A stretch of 64,000 bases of DNA from Octopus sinensis (lineage: Eukaryota): contig NC_043013.1 in NCBI RefSeq assembly GCF_006345805.1, positions 26,350,001-26,414,000 on the forward strand. Direction: 5' to 3'. The notes under the pieces were generated by a model. It was given only the letters and a program-made list of their open reading frames with translations. It was not told the origin of the DNA and searched no databases. This document shows positions 1-12,569 of this stretch, in pieces. A program made the translations under genes and the position numbers. The stretch's first letter is position 1, and the number at the start of each line of letters is the position of its first letter.

Positions 1-808
1 GCCAGTGATGAAAAGTCACTGGGAATAGTTAACGAATGTACAGGACAATGGCAGCAACAAGAACAACATAATGAAACATACATATACAACAAAAAAAGTC
101 GTGCAGCCACAAGACAGACAGATATGTAGTATGGTAAATGAAAATAAAAATGTTCTGTAGGACTGGAGACAAGAGAAGGGTGAATAGAAAGTCAGAACGA
201 AGAAAGAAGTAATGTATTATGCAGGGAAATATGTATATAAATATGTATAACCTTTTAACCTTTATATTTAACCAATATAACCGGTTTTTTTTTCTGTAAG
301 GCAGTAGAGTGTGATTTGAGAGAAACCTGGCAACTATTTCTAGCAGCATGAGCAGCCAGGTAGAACCTCCTTTGCTGGTGCATACAGTAACATGTGTGCA
401 TTGTATGTGTGTGTGTGTGTGTGGCTTGATGGGATGGTTATAATCTTGGCTATTGCCCCATTAGCACACCCTGCATGATCCTGGCTAGTATAGTATTCCA
501 AAGTCAAAAGGAGATCCATAAGACTTCAATCGATATACAGAGGATCACTACACAACTCCAAAGGAAGATCCTGTTGGTATTAAAATAAGCCCCCAGAGTG
601 AATAAAGCTTTCATGCAATTATTATCTTCTAAATTCTACCCAGAAAATATTGGACAATCAAATTCCAGAGTAAAAAAACACTTAAGAAAAATGGGCTTGA
701 ATCCCATACCACAATGGTACCAAAAGCAACCTTTTGACATAACCATATGGTTAATAATCCCTTGGAGATGAAACGTAGACCAAGAGATTAACATGTATTA
801 GTTCTTAC

Positions 809-898
809 CTTTAGGGATAATTGGTAGGCCACATATTTAGCTCTACCATTTTCAAAGATGGTTCTGGGATTCTGAACACTGATTTCCATTATTTTTAG
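809..898 (-). CDS. Exon of a PX-domain sorting nexin (SNX3/10/11/12-like); gene continues left of the window
   Basis: 90-bp exon with acceptor attttcttattacag and donor aag|gtaaga on the minus strand. Open frame LKIMEISVQNPRTIFENGRAKYVAYQLSLK resembles PX beta1-beta2 (SNX3 LEIDVSNPQT..FTTYEIRVK; SNX11 VRVQDPR..YVDYKIFLH). Below the ORF-track size cutoff. Confidence 0.72.
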
Positions 899-2169
899 CT
901 GTAATAAGAAAATAGGCAATTAGAGGATGAGTAGCTAGGGAGGGGGGAGGGAGGGTTTTTGGTAGCTAAACACCAGTTGCTCATACATACATACATACAT
1001 ACATGTGTGTTTGCACGCACACACATACACACATGCTAGTGGTGGGGAGGGGAGTGTAGGTGGAGGAGGATGACTCCAAAACTGTGCAAGTCAGTTAAGG
1101 TTATGGAAGCGCCAGAAGTTCCAGAGTATCTCTATGACACAGGACCCCATCAATTTGTTGATATAGTTAATGAGACAGACTGGACAGTGATCGACAGGTG
1201 ATGCAGGGTCACCCATCTTGAACAGAGGAATAATACTGGCAATTTACCACTGCTCTGAGGTAATACAATTATCAAGAAATAATTGGGGAACTATGAAAAA
1301 GTGGTTTAGCAGAAAGAGCCTTCTGTATTTTAGAAAGAGCACCCATTACACTCTTGGAGTGGTTGGTGTTAGGAAGGGCATCCAGCCATAGAAACCAAAC
1401 CAAAACACAGACTGGAGCCTGGTGCAACTCTTCAGCTTACCAGTTCCAGTCAAACCGTCTAACCCATGCCAGCATGGAAAGTGGACGTTAAATGATCACG
1501 ATCATCATCAGGACCAGAAGCAGTCCATTTACTCATATTCTTGTGGTGGTACCACAGCATTGCAGGAGTAAATTCCACAGATGTTATGGAATTGGAAGCC
1601 AGTAGCAGTGAAGATATACATTTAGATTTTCAACCCAAAAAATATCAACAAAACATTGAACAATAAGTTTTGCATACACTTTGGGATTATCAGTAATCTG
1701 GCTTATGTGGAGGATTAAGAATAATCTGGCTCGTGTGGAGCATTGCAAAGAGGGTTGATTAGAGAATCAGGCCTCTAACTCAAATGCACATATTTCTAGA
1801 GCATTTTACCATCTGGGTTGGTTCCTATGTGTTATTCAAATTTAAGAACTGTCTCTTTTCTGTCACCTACATGAAATACTTTGATAGTCTTTTGCACCAT
1901 TTTCTCTTATCTTCTCTTCCATGTAATCTGTATCCATGTTCAGCATCTTGTCATTCCTTCCTCTGATAAGGCATGCTACTTCAGCACACCCCCCCCCCCC
2001 TGCCAAATTGCACTTTTGAGGTTTTCTAATGGATTTATGTGGTAGTGATGCTTCACGTTTAGATTGCATTTGTGGATGCGCTGAAAGATGGTATTGGCAT
2101 CCCTGGGAATGTAGAATTCCAACTGATTTCATTGCTTTAACTCACTAAAATTCCAATCAACTTTCTTCA

Positions 2170-3824
2170 AGTCAAAGAAAGTACTCTTGTCAGGCGGTAC
2201 TGACAACGATCATGCTTGAAGTAGGGGATCACCAAGGATCTGAACTCAACCCCCTTCTTGTTCATCATAGACCTCCAGGCAATAACAGAGGAATTCAAGA
2301 CAAGCTGCCCCTGGGAGCTCCTCTATGCAAATGACTTTGTTCTTATATCTGAATCACTACCTGAACTAGAGAAGTTCTAGGTATGGACACAAGGTCTATA
2401 ATCAAAGGGCCTTAGAGCAAAAACCAAGCAAAAACCAAAGTCTTAGTGAGTAGGAAGGCTGACAAATCACAAATCCCTTCAGGTAGATGGCCCTGCTCGA
2501 TTTGTAGAAAAGGTGTTGGTAGAAACTCCATACAATGCACCCAGTGTAAGCTTTGGACATATAAAAAGTGCAGTAACATCAGAGGAAGGTTAACAGAGAA
2601 ACTAACTTTTGTGTGGGGAAGATGCACAGGTACAATAAATGCTGAAAATTCACAGAAAATAGACTCCATCAACTGCCAGGGGATCAAGCTAGAGGTAGTA
2701 GATAGCTTCCATTATCATAGGTGACCAACTTAGTAGTGGAGGTGGATGCTCCAAGAGCATAGCTGTGAAAATCAAATTGGGTTGGGTAAAGTTCAGTGAG
2801 CTCCTACTCCTACTGGCAACAAAGGGCCTCTCTTTCAGAGTGAAAGGCAGATTGTATGAAACCTGTGTGCAAATACCTATGCTACATGGCAGTGAAACAT
2901 GGACTGTGACAGCTGAAAACATGTATAGGCTTCAAAGAAATGAAGCCGGTATGCTTCACTGGATGTGAAATATCAGTGTGCATGTATGACTGAGTGTAAG
3001 CATCTTGAGAGAAAAATTAGGCATAAGAGGAATCAGATGTGGTATGCAAAAGAGACGACTGTTGCTTGTATGGTCATGTGATGTGTATGGACGAGGACAG
3101 CTGTGTAAAGAAGTGCTGATCTCTAACTGTGGAGGGAACCTGTGGTAGAGGTAGACCCAAGAAGACATGGGATGAAGTGGTGAAGCATGATCTTCAAACT
3201 TTGAGCCTCACAGAGGCAATGACTAGTGACTGAGACCTTTGGTGATGTGCTGTGCTTGAGAGGACCCATGAAGCCAAGTGCACTCATGCTAGTAAAGAAC
3301 ACCTTTTAAGCGTTGGGTCTCATGGAGACAAAGTGACTGAGCTCCTTTTGAGTGTTGGGCCTCATGGAGGTTAAGTGGCTGAGTTCCCTTTCAGCATTAG
3401 GCCTCACGAAGATTAAATGGCTGAGTTCCTTTTGAGCATTAGGCCTCATGGAGGCTAAGTGGCTGAGTTCCTTTTGAGCGCTGGGCCTCACAAAGGCAAT
3501 GACTGAAACCATTGGCATTATGTCGTGCTTGAGAAGAAGACCCATCAAGCCAAGCAAAATCACCATCAAGGCAGATACCTGTGTCTCACAAATTGGCACC
3601 TGTGCCAGTGACACATAAAAGCACCCCACCCCAGTGTCACGTAAATGTCACCCATGCTGGTGGCACGTAAAAGCATTACACTCTCGGAGTGATTAGGGTT
3701 AAGAAAGGCATCCAGCTGTAGAAAACCATGCCAAATCAGACTGGAGTCTGGTGCAGTCTTCCAGCATGCCAGCCCAGTCAAACTGTCCAACCCATGCCAC
3801 GGACGTTAAATGACGACGACGACA

Positions 3825-3859
<35 letters not shown>

Positions 3860-3860
3860 A
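2170..3860 (+). mobile_element. 5'-truncated, decayed RTE-clade LINE (RT C-terminal part, 3' UTR repeats, (GAT)n tail)
   Basis: Broken ORFs ELLYAND.., GRWPCSICRKGVGRNSIQC.., KGLSFRVKGRLYETCV..LHGSETW. Homologous to the 17067-19148 copy; ends in gatgatgat. Confidence 0.9.
3311..3500 (+). repeat. 42-bp tandem repeat (~4.5 units) in the RTE 3' UTR
   Basis: Units such as cattaggcctcatggaggctaagtggctgagttccttttgag; ~2.5 related units at ~32100-32210. Confidence 0.85.
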
Positions 3861-4639
3861 TATGCATGTATTTTATATATGAGTTATACATGAATAATTT
3901 GTAGATAACAAATGCAAAGAAAAAAGAAATGAACCAAGGTATCAATATTTTCAGCATCAGCAATAACATCGACAGCAACAACATCATCCTCATCATCATC
4001 ATCATCATCATCAACAACAACAACAACAACAAAAACAATAGCAACAACAACAACATTCATGATAATAATGATGATGAAATAATAAGCCTGTGCACAAGGT
4101 GTACTTTACCTCTGACAAGATGGAGATGTTGCTAGCACGGAGATATTATAATCCCAAGGTCTAGTTTTGGTGCGACTCACAAGAGAGACATGTCCAAGAT
4201 AGATTCTTCAAGCAATCAGCTGTGTAGCAAAGTGTGGAAACTCTGTCCCAGAATCCAGGGACAGGGTTCTGATGTAATTACCCAAAGTAAACTTGGTTGA
4301 AATGCATCAAACACGACCTTTAACCTTTTTCTTCTTTGACAGCCAATAAAGTGACAAAGCTGCCATCACTGACAAACAAATCTCGACCTTCAACTCCACA
4401 GATGCGTTAGTAGTAGTAGTAGCAGTAGCAGTAGTAGCTATTGTTGTTATTATTGTATCCATGTACAGCTGGACATTTCCCCACCTTGCCATCTCCCACC
4501 CCACCCCCACCCCGCCAAATAAAAACAAAAGAAAATGTCATAAACCTGATATTCACATGAGTATCACCAATAATATGACTAATAAACACACTCAGCAATC
4601 ATAAACAAATGAATACTTAGATATGTACACACATACATG

Positions 4640-4654
4640 CACATAAACACACCC

Positions 4655-4711
<57 letters not shown>

Positions 4712-4849
4712 CACATATATACAGACATAAACGCACACATACATTACATACACAGATACATACATTACATACAAACATACATACGTACATAAACACACAG
4801 ATACTTACACACATAAACACATAAATACACACATACATACATACACACA

Positions 4850-4880
<31 letters not shown>

Positions 4881-4917
4881 GTACATGTGTGTGTATGTGT
4901 GAAAGTATATATATATG

Positions 4918-4970
<53 letters not shown>
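4640..4970. repeat. (CATA)n/(TA)n compound microsatellite
   Basis: Seen directly. Similar blocks at 3930-4075 (CAT/CAA), 13360-13930, 14280-14520 and 15675-15810. Confidence 0.95.
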
Positions 4971-4974
<4 letters not shown>

Positions 4975-5029
4975 AGAATTTACAAAAAACCAAAGACAAA
5001 GACAGGTGTGTAAACAAAAAACAGATGTA

Positions 5030-5250
5030 TTAGGTTGGCAACTAAGTTCCCGCCATTTTTTTTAATTTAAATTTTTTAAAAGGCTTTTTAAAAAATAACA
5101 ACTAATTAATCAAAAATGTATTCACCCTTGTTGTTCACAACTTCTTCCCAACATTCAACAAGATTTTTTACCACGTTGGTAGAAATCATCCGATTTCGAC
5201 TCGAAAAATTCATCAAACCAAGCTCTCAATTCTGCATCAGTATTGAACGA
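5030..5250 (-). mobile_element. Mariner transposon 3' end fragment
   Basis: TA plus TIR ttaggttggcaactaagttccc. The minus frame gives FNTDAELRAWFDEFFESKSDDFYQRG followed by a ..WEEVVNNKGEYIFD-like mariner C-terminus. Confidence 0.8.
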
Positions 5251-5884
5251 AAGTAGGTGTGAGAGGAAGAGAGGAGAGAGGAGGAGGGTTAGATGAAGAG
5301 GAGAGATGGGAGGAGGGGAGGAGGAGGGAAGGAAGGGGCCTAGATGAAGAGGGGAGGAGAGTTGAGCCCATATGGTGCAAAGGAGCAAAGAGAGAAGATT
5401 AATGTCTGTTCATGGCGAAGACGAGAGTCTGGATGGCCCCTATGCGAGGACAATCCGAACACAGACAGGTGTTTTAAAGAATGACTGGTAGAGCAGAAAT
5501 GGCACAAGACCGGGGTGTCATTGCCAAGCCTGATGTCTGGTGAAGGAACCAGTGATATGATGGGGTCGATGATAGGTGCCTGTTAGGAGGGTGGTATTGG
5601 AGAGGTAAGGGCAAGTGTAGCAGCATGTGTGAGAGCAGGGGAACAAGCCGGGTTGGGAGGTTGGGTTAGGGAAGAAGCTGTGACCAAAAGGTCTCATAGG
5701 TTGTGGGCTCATTTGAAGGAGGGGAGGAGTCAGTTAGGGAAGATGTATGAAGTGGAAGGGTCAGACTGGAGTCGCTGGAAGGCTCGGAGAATGGTGCATT
5801 GGAGAGGTAGGGGTGGGGGGTAGGTGAGGGAAACGGGTGACAGTAGGGCGGATGTAGGGGAGAGAGCAGATGCACGGTCCACGG

Positions 5885-7580
5885 AATGTCCATTTTCCAT
5901 GCTAGCATGGGCTGGACGGTTCGACCAGGGTCTGGGAAGCCAGGAGGCTGCACCAGGCTTCAGTCTGATCTGGCAGTGTTTCTACAGCTGGATGCCCTTA
6001 ACGCCAACCACTCCGTGAGTGTAGTGGGTACTTTTTACGTGCCACGAGCATAGGAGCGAGAGGAGGCTGGCAACGGGCACGATCAGTTGGTGCTTTTTAC
6101 ATGTCACCGGCACAGACGCCGGTCTTGGCGGTGCTGACATCAGCCACATTCGGATGGTGCTTTTTACATGCTTTCGGCACAGGTATCACAACTACAATTT
6201 CCATTGATTTTTATTTTGATGTTGATGTACTTGACTCAATAGGTCTCCTCATTCACAGCAGGTTACCCTACAATCCAAGGCTAGCACAGTAGGCCATCCT
6301 GCAAGCCATGAACTCACTTCATTTGTCAGGTCTTCGCAGTCACAGCATATCTCAGAGATCTTGGTCTTTCGTCATTGCCTCTGTGAGGCCCAACATTCAG
6401 AGGTCATGCTTGACCACCTCATCCCATGTCTACCTCTACCTCAGATTCCTTCAACTGTTTGGGAGTGGCACTTCTTCACACAGCTCTCCTCATCCATCTG
6501 TAGTACATGACAATAACAATACAGACGTCTCTCTTGCATGCCACATCCGATGCTTCTTATGTTCAACATTTCTCTCAGAGCACTAACACTCTGTCATGTG
6601 TGCACACTAACATTACACATCCAGCAGATCATGCTAGCTTCATTTCTTTCGAGCCTACGTATGTCCTCCACAGTCATGGCCCGTGTTTCACTGCCATGAA
6701 GCATGGCTGTTCACACACATGCGTTGTACAATCTACCTTTCACTCTGAGTGAGAGACCCTTTGTTGCCAGTAGGGGAAGAAGCTTTCCAAACTTTGTCCA
6801 GGCTACTCTTATTCTAGTGGTAACACTCTCTGAGCATCCGAGCCCACTCCTAACTTGGTTACCTAGGTAGCGGAAGCTATCAACTACTAGTTTCTGTGGT
6901 GTCTATTGCCCCTGTGCATCTGCCACACACAAAAGCTATCTTCTCAGTTAATTTTCCTTGATGTTGGTGTACCTCTTATGTGTCCATAGCTTACATAAGG
7001 GGGTATGTGATGAGTTCGCCTTCCTACTTACTAGAACTTTGGCTTTTGTTACATTGACTCTAGGGCCTTTTGATTCTAAACCTAGCTTCCACACCCGAAA
7101 TTTCTTTTCTAGTTCCGGTAGTGATTCTGCTATGAGGACCAGGTCATCAGCATAGAGGAGCACCCAGGGGCAACCCGTCTTGAATTCCTCTGTTATTGCC
7201 TGGAGGACTATGATGAATAAAAGGGGACTGAGGGCTGAACCTTGGTGTATGTCTCCTTCTACCCGGAATTCTTCACTGTACTCGTTGCCAATCCTAACCT
7301 TACTAATGGCCTCTCTGTATAGGGCCTGTACAGCCCTTATTAACCATTCGTCAATCTCCAGTTTCCGTATCACCCACCAGATAAGGAATAGAGAGACCTT
7401 GTTAAAGGCTTTTTCTAAGTCCATGAAAGCTAAGTAGAGGGGTTTATCTGTAGCTAGGTATTTATCCTGCAGTTGTCAAACCAGGAATATGGCATCAGTG
7501 ATGCTTCAACCCAGAACAAAATCGAACTGCATCTCATCTAAGCATACTCTATCCCTAATGAGATGGACTATGACCCTCAT
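5885..7580 (-). mobile_element. Truncated RTE LINE (RT domain to 3' end)
   Basis: ORF 6948-7424 DLEKAFNKV..HQGSALSPLLF..LLYADDL. Conserved 3' end at 5885-6030. PHD insert partly deleted. Confidence 0.92.
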
Positions 7581-7599
7581 ATATATATATGTATGCATG

Positions 7600-7805
7600 T
7601 ATGTCAGGACGCCATGATCGATCGTTAGCTCCTACATGCATTTTTTTCTCTCCTTGTTTTTTTCTGTGTATCTTTCTGTCGAAGAGCGTAGGCTCGAAAC
7701 GTAAAAGACTTTTTCTATTTCTATTCCTGAGCGCTATACTAATACATTTGTTTGTTTGTACTCCACCTGCCTTCGCCTTTTGTTTATTTTCGTAAACTTT
7801 CCCGT
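7600..7805 (+). mobile_element. Short interspersed repeat, probably Penelope-like terminal repeat, with a hammerhead-like motif; second copy at ~23800-23985
   Basis: The two copies share ..ctttctgtNgaagag(c/t)g(t/c)aggctcgaaacgt(a/t)aaagacttttt..gagcg..actaatacat..; both are embedded in (TA)n/(TATG)n. Confidence 0.6.
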
Positions 7806-7874
7806 TATGTATGTATGTATGTATGTATGTGTGTGTATATGTATGTATGTATGTGTGTGTGTGTGCATGTGTGT

Positions 7875-7905
<31 letters not shown>

Positions 7906-8077
7906 ACTATATAAAATTACAATACAAGAAAATGGAATGAACCAGTTTTAATCTAAATGACTACAATTGTTTCTGTGCATTAGTATCAGCTGCTAAGTGC
8001 TGAGTGTTTCACATATTATACATATTAATATGATCCAGTAGCTATGTTCCAGCATGTCTTCAGATGGGTAGGTTCAA

Positions 8078-8457
8078 GAGTACTCTCCATGCAGCAGTAC
8101 TCTCTATGCAGCAGTACTCTCCATGCAGCAGTACTCTCATGCAGCAGTACTCTCATGCAACAGTACTCTCCATGCAGCAGTACTGCTCCATGCAGTAGTA
8201 CTCTCCATGCAGCAGTACTCTCCATGCAGCAGTACTCTCCATGCAGCAGTGCTCTCCATGCAACAGTACTCTCCATGCAGCAGTACTCTCCACGCAGCAG
8301 TACTGCTCCATGCAGCAGTACTCTCCATGCAGCAGTGCTCTCCATGCAACAGTACTCCCATGCAGCAGTACTCTCATGCATCAGTACTCTCCATGCAGCA
8401 GTACTTTCCATGCAGCAGTACTCTCCATGTAGCAGTACTCTCATGCAGCAGTGCTCT
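8078..8457. repeat. 17-bp minisatellite (gcagcagtactctccat)n, ~22 units with 15-18 bp variants
   Basis: Seen directly; explains the overlapping repetitive ORFs at 8025-8748. Confidence 0.95.
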
Positions 8458-8559
8458 CAAACATTCACAAGTGTGACAGAGCTCCTCATGGACAAGCAGA
8501 ACCAAAATGGTTTTTGGATATCAATTCTGCTGTGGTGGATGGGTCTTCAAGGTGCCAGA

Positions 8560-8936
8560 TATCTCATTCTTTTGCCATTTCACTTCAGATCAGCCTTTAA
8601 TACTCTGCTTCAGGTCCTCCTGGGTCTCCTTCCACAGCTTTCATTCACTGCATTATGCTATGCAACCATCCTCGTCCATATGCATCACATGACCAAACTA
8701 GCCCAGGCTTCTCTCTCGCTCACTACATCTAATTCCTCTGATGCCTAACTTTTTCTCAATACACTAGCACTTTGTCACAAGTGTACACCTTCATTGCACA
8801 TCCAGCAGAGCATACTAGCTTCATTCCTCTCTAGCTTTTGCATGTCCTCTACGTTCAGGGCCCACATCTTACTACCATGCAGTTCGTACACATGCATCAT
8901 ACAATCTTCCTTTCACTTGGAGAAAGAGAGAGGGGG

Positions 8937-9034
<98 letters not shown>

Positions 9035-9050
9035 TTGGTTGCCAACAGAA
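8560..9050 (-). mobile_element. Old RTE LINE fragment interrupted by a long (GA)n tract (8925-9030)
   Basis: Diverged match to the RTE C-terminal region (catccagcagagcatactagcttcatt; acctttggttgccaac resumes after the GA run). Confidence 0.7.
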
Positions 9051-10745
9051 GTAAAAGCTCTCTGAACTTTCTCTATTCTATTGATATATTTTTGTCTAGA
9101 AATGGGAGAAGATTTTGACTCAGAGTAAATGTAGCCAGAATAGATAACATAAAGCGTCATGTCTGCCATTCTAATACGTTCTAACAATTCCCTAAACCAC
9201 TGCTCTGGACTGGTACTGTATCTAATAACCCTGAGGGATAAAAGATAAACTTTACCTCAGCAAGATTTGAACTCAGAGCTAAAAAGAAACGGAATGAATG
9301 TTACACAGCATTCTATATGGTTCTCTAATATCTCTGCCACATTCACCCCATTTACCTGATTCTCAGACACACCAAGAAGGTTAGATGAAGACTATTATGC
9401 AAGCTTAATTCCTCAATTACCAACAGATTTCGTAAGAACAGCCATGATTTGTTTTCAAAGCACGTTTCAAATTGATTAATTCCATAGACATGTTCTTTAA
9501 CCTTGCTAATTCTCAATATATGAAGAATATTCATAAATTATATAAGCACTTAAAAGAAGCATTAAGAATTTCATTTGAAATATACTGTGCTGATTGATAA
9601 TAAAAAAAATTATATACTCTCTGACAGTATGTAGATGTGTGCGTCTATCAGTCTTAAACAACGCTATCTGAAACGTATTTCTAGAAAATTTCAGTCAAAA
9701 AAGTATCTCTTCTGAAAGTTATGAAGAAATAAGTTGACTCGTATGAATTGCATGAATCGCCTCTCTGTTTCGCTCCGAGAAAGACTTTTCACAATAAAGT
9801 CAGATTTGATAAGAAGCCTATACTATCTGAAAAATACTTTGAAAATTTCCTTTACAAAAATCATTTATTTCGAAAGGTTATGAGGGAATAAAGTCGAGCA
9901 GACGTCAGAGTTGAAGGGAAGAAAGTTCTTGTTGAAGGAAAGAATGGAGTAAGGGAAATAACTCTGACATGAAAATTATGGGCTGTAAATAGAGAAAGCG
10001 TTAAATGGAATTAACGTAAAAGAGAAAAAGAACGTCAGTTTATTAGGTTAAAGTGCAGCAGCAGTAGAAAGCTGTATGAGATTAACTAGATTAAGACTTG
10101 ATATGTGGAAAGATGTAAAGATTTCACACTTATTTTACTCATTAGCAAAAATCTTTCGTAAACCCTAACAGCTATTTTACAATAAAAGATAACTTTAGTC
10201 AATATATAATGCTTAATTATGCATTACAGGCATATTTTACTAGAAAAAAAGACCATTCATTTTCTTTCTTCTCGCTTACGTTGTTTATCTAACTTTTCCC
10301 TCCAATGTTAGCACAGAGGAGTTACTTCCCTTACACTATGCATATTTGTTACGGTATGAAAGAGTTATTTCCCTTACACTACACTTCTTTCAAAACATCT
10401 TTTTTGAATTTTGAACGTTGTGCAAGCAGAACATACCTCAGCTTACGTTGCTAAATCGATCTCAAGAATACGAATTTACTCGAAAAATGATACAAAATAA
10501 ATCATGTTTTTAAAAAGTTGTTAGCTGATATCTGTTTTGAACATGTTTTCACATTTAGGAGGGGTTTTTTTTAAATATTTTAATGCTTTTAAATATGTTC
10601 TTTGCGACAGTCGTAAAGGCAAAACGACGTGTACATACAAAAGTCTTTATTATAATTGAATTGCACAAGAGAATAATCCTTTTTCTTTTATTTTCATTTA
10701 ATTTTCCACCAGAATTCACATCTTTGCTGTCTTTTAATTATGATA

Positions 10746-11890
10746 TTAGGTCGTCAAGTATGAAATTTGTAGGAAAGAAAGAAACAGTTTGCTAATGTTT
10801 CATAAATGCAAGGAATAGATTTATTCATCAAAGTATGCACCCATATTGTCAATATACTTTTGCCATTTCAGTGGTAGCTTGTCCAGCCCGGAACTGTAAA
10901 ATCCTGGCAATCTAGAGTCAATAATTAAACTTTTTCCCTATCAAAAAGTTATCCAAATTCTGGAAGAAGTGGTAGTCAGTGGGGGCAAGATATGGTAAGT
11001 ATGGTGGATGATGGAGAACTTCCAACTCCAACTCCTGTAGTTTCGTCAATGTCATTTTTGCGATGTGTGGTCTGGCATTGTCTTGCAATAAAATAGGAGT
11101 GGATCTTTTGACTAATCTTGGCTGTTTTTTGTAAGTTTTTGCATCATTTGGTCCAGTTGGCTGCAGTATATTTCGGACGTGATTGATGAGCCAGGTTTAA
11201 TGAAATCATAATGGATCACACCAGCACCAGACCACCAAACACATGCCATCAGCTTCTTTTGATGAATTTTGCTTTTTGGACTGAGTTTTGGTGGCTCATC
11301 ACATGTTACAATTTGATTCAAAATTGATTCATTTTTGCGATAAGAAAGTAGAATAATGCAGGCTTCCAAACGTTGCCATTTCTGATTTTCATTGAGTTCA
11401 TGTGGAACTCACTTATCCAACTTTTTTACTTTACCGATTTGAACTAGGTAAGTCAATATTGTTTGCTTGCTAGCACCAAACAACAATAATTCACGGACAC
11501 TTTAAGATGGATCTAACCCAACGTTGCTCATTTGTGAGGTCAAAGTTACCAGAAAAAAATTTTGCAAACCAACTTGATACTGTCTGCTGTATAATAACAT
11601 TAGCATGAAATATTCCATTAACATTCCAAGCTGTCTGTGATGCTGTATTTCCAAGAAAGAACTCATATTTCAAAACTGTACGAATTTCCAACTTATCCAT
11701 CTGTAAACAAAAAGAACAAAAAATGATTTATAAATACTTTATAAAGTGCAAAATGAGTTAGAATAAAGAAATAGATGTGTCAGCTTTTTAACAAAAGGTA
11801 AAAATTGTCAAAATATAATAATGGTGCAAAATGAGCAGTTGTCAAAGTTTACCATATACCTTACTACAAATTTCATACTTGATGACCTAA
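10746..11890 (-). mobile_element. Mariner DNA transposon with both TIRs and a decayed transposase
   Basis: TA-flanked TIRs ttaggtcgtcaagtatgaaatttgtag / ctacaaatttcatacttgatgacctaa. HTH MDKLEIRTVLKYEFFLG..WFAKF; KKLMACVWWSGAGVIHY; QDNARPH; HPPY..LAPTDYHFF. Confidence 0.93.
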
Positions 11891-12569
11891 TAATATATTT
11901 GAATATACATTTTTTTCTGAATTATAACCAGACTGTTGAGAAGGTCATTCAAGAGAGGCACATTGTCTACACTATCAGGTCAAAATACATAAATTTATCA
12001 TCATCATCATTATCATCATCATCATCATTATTATCGTCATCGTTGTTATTGTTTAATGTTTGTTTTCCATGCCGGGATGGGTTGGATGGTTTGACAAGGG
12101 CTGACCAGCCCAGGAGCTTTCCAGACTCCAGTTGTCTGTTGTGCATAGTTTCTACAGCTGGATGCCCTTCCTAATGCCAACCACTTTACAGAGTTTGTTG
12201 GGTGCTTTTTACGTGTCACTGACACAAGTGCATTTTATCAGCACCTTTAAAGGACAAGCCTGTATGTATCGATGACAGCAATTTTATTTAGTTTGACATG
12301 GCTTATTAAGTACAGTAAATTATCACTTCCGGTCCTTTGTCACTTATCCATTGCCGTTTTCAGTGGCAACACCTGTTGAAATATCAGTTGTTGGGGAAGT
12401 ATTGGAAGTAGAGTGTCACTGCAGAAAGATCTGTAAGAATGAGAAAGGGATCAAGATGCACTGAGATAGGTCCATTTGTGGAAAAGAGGAAGCACAGCTG
12501 CAGTGCACAGTGATAACACCTGGTGAGACACAGGCAGGAAGCACCCCACAGGACTGAAAGTACCTCAGT

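Noticed and set aside
8025-8748. Six overlapping ORFs of up to 234 aa
   Set aside because: By-product of a stop-poor 17-bp minisatellite.
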